Below are positions 8,896 through 21,574 of a DNA stretch of 52,258 nt, piece by piece (position 1 is the stretch's first letter; each line of letters begins with the position of its first letter). A program made the translations under genes and the position numbers. The stretch lies in assembly GCA_000708835.1 (NCBI GenBank), contig DF237563.1, forward strand, positions 1 through 52,258. Reading direction: 5' to 3'. The notes under the pieces are model-generated. The model was not told the origin of the DNA. It did not search any database and saw nothing but the letters and a program-made list of their open reading frames with translations. Source of the DNA: Klebsormidium nitens. Taxonomy: Eukaryota; Plantae; Klebsormidiophyceae.

Positions 8896-11800
8896 ATGGC
8901 GGCGGCAGAGATGAACGGAGCACTACAGCAGATTCAGCTGATTGATGGGGAGGGCAACTACAACCTCACGGGAATTGAATCCTTTGCCCGGAGAGTCAAG
9001 CTCGCGGAGTGCGGCTTGTCGTATGCTGTGATTGCCATCATGGGCCCACAGAGCAGCGGTGCGTTGTTTGTTTGTGCTCAAGACATGTGGATGCATCTTC
9101 TCTTTCCGCTTGTAAAAACGGGTTCTGTAATTATGGTTTCTCCTGCAGCAAAATACTTTGTCCTTTGTGACTAATACAGAATGTAGACACATGTTATTTG
9201 GAGGCACTTTCAGTGCTTCTATCAAAGTAGCTCTTCTGTACTGATTGTAAGCCCTTCCCGGTGGTATGTTGCAGGCAAGAGCACTCTCCTCAACCACCTT
9301 TTTGGAACCAAGTTTGTGGAGATGGACGCCCTCCGAGGGAGGTGAGACATCCAAGTCTCCACCCTTGTTGATACACACATGTCGTGGGCATGATCATGAT
9401 TTTGCTGGTTGGGGCAATCACATGTATCTTCTCTGTCTGTACACTGTAGTCCTTTTCTCTGAGTATATAATGCTGACACGAAGTCCTGCCTCACAGAAGC
9501 CAAACAACGAAGGGTGTTTGGTTGGCCCGGGCGCCCAATGTGGAACCAACGACCCTCGTGATGGATCTCGAAGGAACGGATGGCCGGGAGAGGGGAGAAG
9601 TGAGCGCAGGCAGACAACTTCGCTGTTGCCTCTAGAGTGCCTCCCTGTTACAGCATTGGCATCTATTGTAAGCACTGTGTGCCCCGTTGACTGTCACATG
9701 TTCTTGCTTGTGCTGAGGTCAGTTTGTTGAACTCCTGTCAGAGGCACATGGCTGGAGCTGATATGCTCTGACATTTGCTCGTGATAGGATGACACCACGT
9801 TTGAGAAGCAGAGCTCGCTGTTTGCGCTGGCGGTTGCGGACGTGCTGCTCATCAACATGTGGTGCCACGACATCGGGCGCGAACATGCGGCCAACAAGCC
9901 GCTACTCAAAATTGTGTTTCAGGTGGGGCTCATGTGGATTGCACCACTTGCAAGTAAGAGGCCCCGTGCTTCAGAGGACTTTGTGCACTTGCCTATGCCT
10001 GGTGTGATGCATTCACTTCATTCATTTCCTCAATGGATTTCGGAAGGGGCGTTCGAGTGTGTTTGCAAGAAAGACTCCGGAAGAACAGAGTTCCAGACGT
10101 CCAATACGGACCTCGACTTGCGCAGATGATGATGCGGCTCTTTACTCCCCGCAAGACCAAGCTACTCTTCATCATCCGTGACAAAACAAAGGTGAGCACC
10201 GTCGTCCCAAGATGCGAAAGTATGCTGCGAGATGTGGCCAGGTTCTTGTATGCAAGCCATGCTTGTAGTGTGTCTTTCAATGATGTATGCAGGAAGGGAG
10301 AATGGTCAGGATTGACGAATTGTTGAGCAACCTTGCAATCTACCGCAGCACCCCTGCTGACGAGCCCTCATCTGCCATGCATTTTACTCGTCAGAGCTAA
10401 AGAGTTTCTTGCTCATGGGTGGTGTTCAATCTTCTTGAGGCGTTCTGATTGCACCTTCTGTTCTTGCAGACCCCCCTGGAGACTTTGGAGCCCATCCTTC
10501 GAGAAGACATCCACAAGGTGAGCCCCTCACGCAGCCAGCCGTCAACACTCGCAAGCAGAACCTGTACCATATTACAAGAAACGTCGACAGTTGCGCTTTC
10601 TGTAGGTAATACACTCCTACTTCAAACCTTTGCAACAGCTTTTTCTTGAAGCTTCCAAGGTGTGTGCGTGCGCATTGGGTAGCTTATATTATTGACTCCG
10701 CCAGCTGTCCTGACCTTTGAGATTGGTGCGCTGCAGATTTGGGACTCGCTGCCCAAGCCCAACAAGGAGAAGGAGGTGCTGTTTGAGGACTTCTTTCAGG
10801 TCAGAACTAGGGAGAAGGACACGAGTCTCCCTCTTTATATGCTTTAATCTTCGTCCAACTCTCTTTTCGAGCTTCACAGGAGGTCTTCTCAGAAATATAT
10901 GTTTGTATGTATTTTGCTGCTTCAGTTTGAGCAAAGGAAACGATCTGACCTGGTCGCTGATGCAATTGTTTTAACCTTCCATGCAGATTGAGGTGGTGGC
11001 CCTGTCGAACTTCGAGGAGAAGGAAGAACAGTTCAGGGATCAGGCAAGTTCGTTCCGCTTCTCCAGCCTTTTTCGGCCCACTTGTCCGCAGGCCTTAGTC
11101 CTCGTTCTCTTGCATCCGACTGGTCTAGTCAAGCACATGGACCGGAATTCATTTTTAGACACCATCGGACCTGCTATTGGCCATGTACTGTTGGTCGTTT
11201 ATCAGGTGGCGGAGCTGCGGGGCCGCTTCCAGAACTCCATTGCACCTGGCGGCATTGCCGGCGACCGGCGGGGCGTGGTGCCGGGGACGGCGCTTGCGCT
11301 GAGCATGCAGGAGATGTGGAAAGTGATCAAGGACAACAAGGACCTCGACCTGCCCGCACACAAGGTGGGCCGCCCGAACGGGTGCACATGGTTAGACCAA
11401 GGCTCATGAGGTTTGCTAGCTGGATACAAGGCTGCACCAAGTCAGTGGGGGTACAGTCGGTTGCCGGCTGTGTTATTCCGCATCTCGTCTGGTCTTTGCA
11501 ACTCGCAGGTATCCGACGGTTCGACAGTCAGACTCTTAGCCCGTAGGGTTTCAAAGTCAGGGTATGGACTGGGCTCGAATGGACATGCGTTATGTTGTCG
11601 AACTGAAAGTGGATCTTGTAGTGACTGGTGTATGGCAGACCGTTCAATTGACCACCTTTTGGGTGTCTGTACACGTTTGTGTTCCAGCCTGGCCGGTGTT
11701 CTCGTGTAGCACAGAAGCTGCTTCTTGACTTCTCTCGCTTTTGGGAAGAGAACGCTGACAGCTGTCGTTTTCACAGATCATGGTGGCCACAGTGCGATGC

Positions 11801-14800
11801 GAGGAGATTGCTGCGGAGAAGATTGCGGAGTTGAAGAGTAACCAGGTAAGGTGTCTTCCCGTCTGAAGAGATACGGCTTAAGAGCATTTCGTCCTAGGAT
11901 GGCTACAGATCTGGAGAAGGTCCAGCATGCCCTTTACGTACGCCAAAAGCAGGGATAAATTGAGCTGCAAAATTTCTAGGCAAGGAGTACGTGTTTCTAT
12001 CCTGGCGTATGACGTCATCCACATTCCAAGGTTTTAATGGTTTCACCTTGTATCACAGTGCAAGTCTTACCGTTTACCCACTCTATGAAATGGCATTTTG
12101 TCGATCCCTGGTTTATGGTGGGTAGTGCTAGCAAGAACTCTAGACCTCCAAAACATTCCGCTTCTCCTTTTTCGTCTGACAGCACTGGTTGGAGTTGGAG
12201 CGGAAGACGCAGCTGGGCCCCGTGGCTGGTTTCGGCAAGCAGGCGGGGGACCTCCTGAAAGCAGTCCTGACGGGGTACGATACGGAGGCGGCCTTCTTCG
12301 ATGAGAGCGTGCGGGCGGAGAAGCGGAAGGGCCTTTTCACCAGCGCAGTAGGGGTGAGTCTGTCTGGCAAAGATTTCACTTCCGACACCTGTTTGCTTGG
12401 CACGAGGGTTGTTCTAAATGGATGGGAGTCGCAAGGGCACCTTTCTCAGGGTATTTGTCTTCCGGACTTGCGAATCATTTTGGAAAACTTGCGCCGGTTT
12501 TACCAAACCGATTGGAAGAGCTTTTGAGAAGATGGTCGAGTAAGGTCCGGGTTTTTACTTTCTTCACCAACAGGAACGTGGGGAACCAAGACGCTGTGAT
12601 GCGAAAAGCTAGTGCTTACCAAGTGAGAAGCCGCAGGGGAGCCGGCGGTCGAGACATCATTTGATCTAGTACTGTCGGAACGTCAATTGACCTGTCCCCG
12701 TCCGTTGTGTCCAGGTCATTCACGAGTCGTTCACGACCCTGTTGGGTCACCGGCGCGCAGAGGCGCTCGACAAGTTCAAGGCTGAGCTGGCGGCCTCCGG
12801 CGTCCCCTCTACCTCCTCCGATGGACCGCCCAGCAAGGACGCCGACGTGCCTGGCTTTGCGGAGGCGCGCAGGCGATGCACCGAGAATGCGCTTAAGGCC
12901 TTCGACAAGGCTGCCGCGGGTGAGGGTTTTGTTTCATTTCATGGTCGTAATAGCGTGCTGGCGACAAGTACTTGCCGGAACAGCTTGGCCAACTGACGTA
13001 CTCACATGATTCTAGAAACGTCCATTCTCTTTCGTCAAGTCCGAAAATGACTACATCGGCCCGAGTGCTCTTCTGGAGCCGCGTGTGTCTTCTAGTCTCA
13101 TTTAGGGTTCTCTTGCTTTCTTAGGAATCTAGCTTGTGCCTCGCAGATGCTCTCGTGAGTGGTGCGGGGTGGGACTACCTGCGCACCCGGCAAAAGCTGC
13201 AGCGCGACATCGACGCCCACGCGACCGCTGTGCGCACCGAGCGACTGGCCGCCATCCAAACGAAGGCCAAGGTGGGGGCCATTGTTTTTATGGATACTCG
13301 CTTTTCGAAATTGTTCAAAAGGCTAGAGCTGGGACTCCGACCAGCTCGTGTTTTCTCAACTGCTGCTAAATCCGTACGATTTTCTGGAGAAGCTTGTGCT
13401 GCGATCACCCCCATCAACTATTCTCAGTTTGTCCAACCGGCTCAGGTGTTCTGATCTCATTTTGTACATCCGGCACTTGGAAGGACCTCAACTTTTGTGG
13501 AACTCCAGCCCTTATAACCTTTTTTTCTCGTTCTCTCAGGACACGTTGCAAGGCAAGCTTGCGGAGCCCGCCAGTTCGCTCCTGGACGCTGCGTCCTCCG
13601 AGACCTGGCCCGGCCTGCGTGAGCTGCTGGCGCGCGAGACGGCGCACGCGAAGCAGGAGCTGGCGGCCGCGGTGGCGGGCTTCGAAGTAGAGGCGGAAGA
13701 AAGCGGCGCGCTGGAGGGGGCGCTGGAGGACGCGGGCAGGGAGGCGGTGGAGAAGCGCGCCAAGGAGGAGTCGACGCAGGCGCTGATCAGGATGAAGGAG
13801 AGGTGGGGGTATTTGAATTTCTCCGTTTTGACAGGCTGTTGGGTGGGCTAAGGCTCAGATGCAGCTGTAATACTGGTCTCTTCACGGGCTCATCTTCCGG
13901 TGTGGCAATCAGCAAGTCGATTCGTCGATTCTGTTGTGCCTTCAAACTCTCTGTTGCATTTGAGATGATCCTTGAAGCTGAGAGATTGTAAGAGCGCGCT
14001 GTGCAGACTCGTGACGGATCCTTTCTTTGCAGGTTCAACACTTTGTTTGGCCGCGACTCCGAGTCGATGCCGCGCACGTGGGCAGGCAAGGAGGACATCC
14101 GGGCCATCACGCGCGAGGCGCGCATCGGCGCGCTGCGGCTGCTCAGTGTTCTGGCCGCCGTCCGATTGGACGACATCGACGGCCCTGATACCGTGGCCGA
14201 GGCGCTGGAGACTCTGCTGGAGGGGCAGGAGGGCAGCATGGCACTGCACCCGCACTCAGAGGGAGGAAGCGCGGCGGGGGCCAAGGAGGCGCCGTCCAGG
14301 AATGCGCTGGCGGGGGCTACGTGGGAGAACGTAAGTCTGGAGAATCGATCGAGCGGGCTTCTCAGGGTCGCAATGTGATTGTCTCGAGGACGTGCGACCG
14401 GTGGTCCATAATCCAGTGCATTTCGTGCCGGAGATAGCCTCGAGAATAGAACGCCATGCCCAGAGCACGTCAAAGCCAGGCGTTTGGACCCAGTATTTAC
14501 TGGCCGCTTGGGCGAACCCTGACTCTGCAGCCGACTCCGTACATTAGAAGTTTGCCGTCAACTGCGTTTCCCCTTGTCTTTTCCGTGCAAGGCCACGTGC
14601 TGCATATATCTCTGAGTTTCATTTTGGCGCCCTGGCACGTTTGCATTGCGTGACCCTCCTAAGGGACTCTTGCCGTGAAAGGTAGCAGCAACAGCCTCAC
14701 TCAATTCCAAACCCATATTTTCAAGCTCTGCCCTCTTCCCCCATTTAATCCCACCCGTTCCAAGGCCTCGACATTACCCTTCGAAAAAGGTTCTGATCTT

Positions 14801-16061
14801 TGATTCTCGTCTTTCTGCAGATTCCGTCGTCCGCGACGCTGCTGACCCCAAGCGCATGCCGCTCGCTGTGGCGGCAGTTGAAGGCGGAGACGGAGTACAC
14901 GATCAGCAGCGCCATCGCCGCGCAGGAGGCGCACAAGCGCAACAACTCGTGGCTGCCGCCGCCGTGGGCCATCGTCGCCATGATCGTTCTCGGCTTCAAC
15001 GAGTTCATGGCGCTCGTCAGGTCAGCAGCTGAGGGCGCCACGCCGCAATTAGCGGCGACTCCATGGAAATGCTCTCGATCAAGGGGTTTGGTTTGTTGTC
15101 TCTGGTTCAAAACAATCGAGCGTGTTCGCGTTTTGCCGTTACTGATTGATCTAGTGGGCGACTCTTTGAGTATAGACAACGTCCTTTTGTTCCTCACATT
15201 TGAGGGGCGCCTTGTCTGTTGTTCTATTACCAGACAATCCCTATCTAAGTAACGGATCCTCACTTGGGCAGTGAATATATGACACGCCAGATGCGCGGAA
15301 CCACTTACTCACTTTTTGCAGACCTCAAACACGCGTTCCTTTCCCCCTGACTGGTTAGCTCCTTTCATCTCAAGACACGAAGGTGGCTTCCTTTTCTTGT
15401 GCAGGAATCCCCTCTTGTTGTGCGTCGTGGTTGCCGCCTACTACGTTGGAAGGGCCCTGTGGGTGCAACTCGACGCATCCGCCGAGTTTGAGAACGGACT
15501 GGTGAGCCGACAAGAAAGCGTCTGCTTTGTAATGAGCGCTTTTAGGTCCCCCTAGCGGACTAGAGAATGCAGAAGGGCGGCTACAGGCTGCGACTCCCGA
15601 GTTGTTCATCTCCACGGGTCATTGATGCCGCTCGATTGCCGCCTGGAGCCCAAATCCGAATGGAACGATCCTTTCTAGCAACTTCTTCGCAAGTATAATT
15701 GCTGTTACAGGACGCTTTAGAGAGGCTGAGAGAATGTGCTAGCGGAAGATGGGACTGATTAGTGGCGCTTTTGTAGGTGCCGGGCCTGCTGTCGATCAGC
15801 GCCAAGTTTGTGCCGACGCTGCTGCGCTTGCTGAAGCGGCTGTACGAGGACGGGCAGCACACGGTGCAGCACGCGACGGGTATCCAGATGCACGACTTTG
15901 CGGCCAGCAACAGCTCGACCACGTGGGAGCAGAACGGGTACGGAGATGACGTCAGCAGCAGGGCCACGGGCGTGGCGAGCAGGCCCGTACGGCATCGGGG
16001 GTCAGCGGCGCAGTCGAGTGGGATGGCAGATGTGCGCAAGGTTCAAACGGATTCAAGTTGA
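8896..16061 (+). CDS. RHD3: ROOT HAIR DEFECTIVE 3 / SEY1 atlastin-like ER-fusion GTPase, 18 exons, 857 aa
   Basis: Exons 8896-9058, 9275-9341, 9497-9599, 9788-9922, 10126-10191, 10470-10517, 10737-10799, 10987-11043, 11206-11364, 11777-11845, 12183-12353, 12715-12919, 13147-13271, 13540-13802, 14033-14330, 14821-15020, 15405-15501, 15777-16061 (2574 nt). Motifs: [37 protein letters not shown], and a C-terminal hydrophobic hairpin [17 protein letters not shown]...RNP. Confidence 0.96.
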
Positions 16062-17443
16062 TTCTGACTCGGTTGTGCTGCAGCGGGCTTGCAGAGGCTT
16101 TGCGTGAGAAGGCTGCGATGTAGACTACTTGTTTTTCCAAGCTTGCAACACCTACTTTCAAAGCAACACAGCGAACACAAACGTGGTTGAGAATGCAGAG
16201 TTTTTTGAGTTTGCGGAGCCTTGTGCTGTGTGTGCGGCGTTGCCCTTATCCGCTTGATCTCTAGGCATGTGTACTGCGTGAGCAAGGATGAGTGGATGGT
16301 TGCATAATGCGGATTACTACTGGTGTCGCGTCTGCTTAATTGCAGTGCATCAGCGCTGCTTATCATGGTGTTGGGTACTATCCGTCCTGTGAAATTCAAA
16401 CGTCACTGAGATGCTAGACAATTGCTGAATGTACTGGCTCTGAGGATCGACCATTCACTGTTCTGATTGCCTGGTTGCTTGCTGGCATGTCGTGTCTTGA
16501 TTGGATGCATGACACAAAGTGCGAAGCTAGCTCTACGCGTCGAGTCTGTCATGCACAGGCTGGTCTACTGTTGTCAGCAAACCAATAATGGATGTCACTG
16601 GACCGAGATCCCGGAGTCCATGACACATGATCCACGCAGAAGCACGGCATGTGAACGATCCAACAATACCTGTACGTCATGCATATGAGACGCAGCATGG
16701 TTGCGGCCGGCCGATAGGATCCCGCTATTTTCTTGACATGTGCATATAGCAACGGTTTTAGGGTTTTCGAAACACCGGGGGACCCGGCCTGCTTGCAAGA
16801 AGCAGCGCCTGGTCTTAAATGGAAGTGGCCGGCGGGTCATCATGAGATCCCATCTGCGGCTGCCTACGTAACATGACGATGCTTGCTAGCTTCTGAGTCA
16901 ATGAGGCCGGTTTTCCAATGCACTACAGCCAGTAACTTGGAATGATGGAACGAAACCTGGTTGTGTGTACATATAGAATATTGGGCGGACCAATAGCTTG
17001 CCTTGAAAACTTACATGCTCCACCAAAGAAGGTCAGGTTTGACTTTGCTCCGAGTATGTAGTACTCAGGCTTCAGGCTCAGGAGAGCATATAAGTTCAAT
17101 GTGTTGGAAGTCGCAAGTGCGATAAGAATGGAAGGCAAAGAGTTCGTACACTGCCAACATTGTTGACTGCAAGCAACCCAGATGCCTTATTGAATCAGTC
17201 TCAGTTTTGCGGTTGGACTTGTGAACAACTCGAGAGGAAACATAAGCAGGACGAGTAGCAACAACTTGGACTGGCCTTCAACAACCCCACACTATACACA
17301 AGATCCGAGTTTCTAGAGCTCCGCACTTTCAAGGCTGCTGTTATGGCAAGTGTCCAGTGATTGTTCACATTGCGACCTGGCAGTAGATGTGCGTCCGCTA
17401 TGCTCCAGAATACCGCAAGTCACTAAATCAGTCTACAAAAAGC

Positions 17444-19805
17444 TTATTCGTATTGAGCGTACCAGATTCCGGTGATCTTTACATCCTTGGGGGCTTTTGA
17501 GCCGAGATCCGTGTCGGAGGGCTGGATGCTCTCAAACACTCCGGCGAGCTCCTGGGTCTCGGGGTTAGACTTGGCAACGCTGAACTGGATGTTTCCTTGC
17601 AAGGCCTCAGTGTTCTTGGTGTTCTCCTTTCCAAGCTCCTCCTCGTCACCAGCACCCCCCGCTGGCAGGGCCACGGCGTTGTCATACCCGGTAGAGCCAC
17701 CCCGGCCCTTAGGGTCCAAGAAAGAAGAACCCCGGTATGAAGGCACCAAGAATGGCCCGCCAAAAGAGTTAGCGTTTCCAGTCGCCACCAACTCCTTGAT
17801 GGTGAACAGGAAGGGCACCCTCTCGCCTCCTGGAAGCTGGACGGTCACAGCTGCGTAATCGATCCCGTCCTTCTCCTCGAACTTGATGCTGCCATCATTG
17901 CCAACCTGAGAACGACAATGAAACCCTATTATGGACCAGAACCCTAATGCGATGGGACAGCATGGATTTTGTGGTTCCGGTGAGGTGGACTATACCGTAT
18001 ATATATCGCAAAAGCAACGAGCTTCTTGTGAGAGGGAGACATCTTGGCTGCACTGCTGACGTAAAGGTGGAAAAGAGTCAATAATCGGAAATGCTAAACA
18101 AAAGCCTGTATCCAGCATTGCTGCAAGAATTCTAAAAGAACAAGATATCCAGGTTCCAGCGCGACAGTAGGCTCGTCTCTTCGTACGTCAGCTCTTGGGT
18201 GCGGAAGACAATTAAAGAAAAGATACAAGATTGCACCCAGTCCGCAGGAACTTGACTGATTGATCATCTCATGTCTCCACCCAGCTTTACTAAGTGCCCT
18301 TTTCTGCTGGGGTTTCTGCTCATATCAACTTGAAGCCCCACTTTTAAGTTTTACAAAATGCAGTGCAAGTGCTGACATATCCAGCTGAAGAACCCTTCAA
18401 TTGCCAAGCAGCTCTAAATGAAGCCCGTGTGGATTAAAACTTCCAGCTATAATCGTAGGGGTATCCTTTAACTCAAAAAGTCAACCGCACAACTCAAAGC
18501 AATAAAGGTAACTTGAAGCTTCTGCGGTGCAATACCTGTGGTCATGTGCCGAACTCAGGGTTGCAAAGGGTGAGTGGCCAAATGCGAGCAACGATGCCTT
18601 GGCAACAGCCAAGTCATATCATTGAATGCAATTCCTCACTCTACTGGCTGTTCTAGATTGGATGAACTGACAGCGCAGCACCGCTGAGAATCAGGCAGAA
18701 TGAGAGAATGTCCAGACTGAAGTGAGGCGAACTCACATCGAGCGGCCCCTCAATTTCGTCCAGTGTGTAAGTCAACCTAGTCATGAGCTTCGTCTTCTGG
18801 AAGTCCACGGGCTTATCCTTGAACTGCGACTCCGCCTTCACGGTGAAGGAGGTCGGCTCCATGCACAGCTTCTTCAGCGTGTACTTGCCAGCCTTCACCT
18901 TGAAACCATCCTCACCCCCACCAATGATCGGGCACTGGTTGGCAATGCCAGTCCCCTTGATCTCCATGTACGTTCTGCTGTTCAGCTCATCGAAGGTGAG
19001 CTTTGGGGGCTCCTTAGCCAGCGCACCCTGGCACACCGCACAAAAACCCTTGGTCAGCATCCCAGATACGCTGAGCATTTCTCACTGTGGTTCCCAGTCA
19101 TGCTGAAAGTATATTATCGGTCGGCCAAGAATGAAGAAGCCTGCGACAAGCCTGCTGCAAGGCTAGCACACAAAATGCCGCGAAAGTTTATTTACAGACT
19201 TAACATTTTGAGGGCACCATTTAACCCTTGCATCCTTCTTATCCAAGAGTGAAGAACTCCGACTTAACCACAATGCCCGAAGGCATCGAAACACTGCAAA
19301 TACCATCTCATTGTCCAAGATTTGCAGCAACAAGAGAACCATGGGGCAAACGAAACAGTGGCTTCGCAATGCAATGCATTGAACAGCACCCATACCTTTC
19401 ACCTCGAAATTAACTTATACCAATACAAGGTGAGGGCCGGACACAAAGCGTTGAAGTGCTTGCGCAATTTATCCAGTCCAGACCCCTCCTACTTGCGTAT
19501 GGCATTACAGTGAGTGCCAATTCAGGGTGATTCATAAAATGCTCGTGTTTGCACTGGCCACCACTGACCTGTGCCAATAGGAGGGAGGTAGCGGCAACCA
19601 CCCCCGCTGCCTTCCCTGCCTCCGCAACCTTCTTCACGAACTGCTGCACGGGGGTCTTCTCCCCTGAGCACGTTGTCCTGGCAACACAGGGCTTAACCTG
19701 GAACGCCTTCTGCACATTCCCGGAGCTCCTCAACTCCTGTCCTTTGAACTGGGGGGCCAGCACAGCGGCCCGGGCAAGCCCTGACGCAGCAACGGAGGAA
19801 GCCAT
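17444..19805 (-). CDS. PSBO: Photosystem II oxygen-evolving enhancer protein 1 (33 kDa, PsbO), 3 exons, 329 aa
   Basis: Exons 19805-19569, 19027-18737, 17905-17444. Bipartite transit peptide ending ALA. Motifs: [108 protein letters not shown]. Confidence 0.98.
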
Positions 19806-20161
19806 GCTTCTTGATGCTGGCACAAGGTTACCAAACAACTTTCTCCCTTGCGCTCCAGAGAATATTCTACAGGTGTTCTTCCTGCAGAAGGCAACAACTT
19901 CAAGGAGAAGCACGATCGAGCAGGACCAAGACTGCGCAAGCAGGGACCCAATGAGTCTGAACAATTGAGTACCTTCAAGACTTTGTTTTGTGTATGTGGC
20001 GAACTGAGTACTACGAAGTCGTCCCTCACGGGCAGGAGGAACGTGCAAGCTTACTTCGATTCGATACTCTTTCGCAAATATAATAATATAGAGATTATTG
20101 ATATATCCAGCTTGGGATCTTATCAGGATCGTTTCCAGCCTATCATAGCCTTACGTTTGAT

Positions 20162-20167
20162 CACGTG
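20162..20167. promoter_or_regulatory. G-box (CACGTG) ~357 bp upstream of PSBO; a TGACGTCA palindrome lies at 20902-20909
   Basis: Exact motif match. G-boxes are common in light-regulated plant promoters, but a 6-mer occurs often by chance. Confidence 0.3.
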
Positions 20168-21574
20168 GTCACTGGTTTCGAACTCTGCAGACTCGTGGTC
20201 AGGAGTTGTATTTTCTCCGACTCGCGATTGCACGCTGCAATCGACGGCTGTGCAGCCTTTGACAAATGTAGCTCAAGATCTTCTAACTGCAAAGAAGGGG
20301 TCTTGGAAGGGTACCATACCTTCAAGGGTCCAGATTCTGGGTCCCAGTGCTCGCGGAGAAAGTACCGTGATTGTAGCACGGACAGCAGCCAGCTCCGACC
20401 CTGCTAAACCCTGCCAGTGGGATAAATCACCCACAGCCTTGGCCGCGCCGCTCATGCGGCCGCGCGCAGTGCTCGGAAGCCGGGCGGCCTACCTGACTGG
20501 CTCGGGTGACTTGTCCCTTCAATCCTTCATGCAATGCTCATGTCTTGAAAGCTGAGCTTAGCAATATGGCGCCATGACAATATATCAGCTGAAAGGTAGC
20601 CATATCGTATGTAGCTGCTGTCTTGCAGGTAGCTTGAATCCCCAGTAATGAGTATAGTATATAGGTAAACCAATCTTAGCGAGGCAGACACGATTAACCT
20701 ATACGTTGCTTATACTCTTATATGAACTTCAAACATGTTGTTATATGGCCTTTTGCGAAGTTTAGGTCCGAGACAGCTTGTCATCATATATGTGGCATGG
20801 TCTTATAATTAAGTTCCTTTGACATACCTATATACTGCACCGGCACGTACTATTAGTGTTTCCTATTAGTACATGCTACACGTACATAGCGTTGAAGTCA
20901 GTGACGTCATTTGCACATGCATAGCGAATGAGCATATCGCATGAGCTACTGACTTTCAAGTTTGCCCGCTATGTATTGAGCCACACGCGCGTGCGCAAGT
21001 TGCAGATCACGAATTCACGGTGCAGGTGCAACGAGTTGCTTGGGAGCATGTGCGCTGCCATGCCAGCCGATTTGAACCAAGCATGGCCGCTCCGAATCTA
21101 CACTTTGAAGCAGGTTGTGGGACATAGTCTCCTTCAATCGGCCACAAGACTCCGCAAAATGGCAATGATGGCACACTGAACCCCCGGTCCTTTCAACCGT
21201 GCTAGTCGTTGTCAATGCATATCATTACCGGTTTAATTTAGTGCCTCAGAGCAACGCCTTTGCCAACGCAAGGGCTTGCAATTGACTTACACATCATCCC
21301 TTGAAGCGCAATTGTGGCAAGGTAACTTTTACCCTTCTGCATGATTCCAAAGAGAGAGATAGGCAATGTCAACACGTCAAGCACCCAATGGAAGTGGTTG
21401 AATGAGGCGCGGTTCCATTTCTGAACTTGCAACTTCAAGAGGGAACATTGCTGCTCGAAATGTGCAGCATTTAGTTAATGGAGGCAATCCAACATTGCTC
21501 CAGATCAATGCAAAGGCTCCAAGTCCAACGCCAACCCATCTATATACCAGGACCTGTTCAAGACAATACAGGTC

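Noticed and set aside
19806-20048. N-terminal extension of the PSBO ORF
   Set aside because: [14 protein letters not shown] at 19805 is a typical transit-peptide start; the upstream open frame is most simply 5' UTR/promoter.
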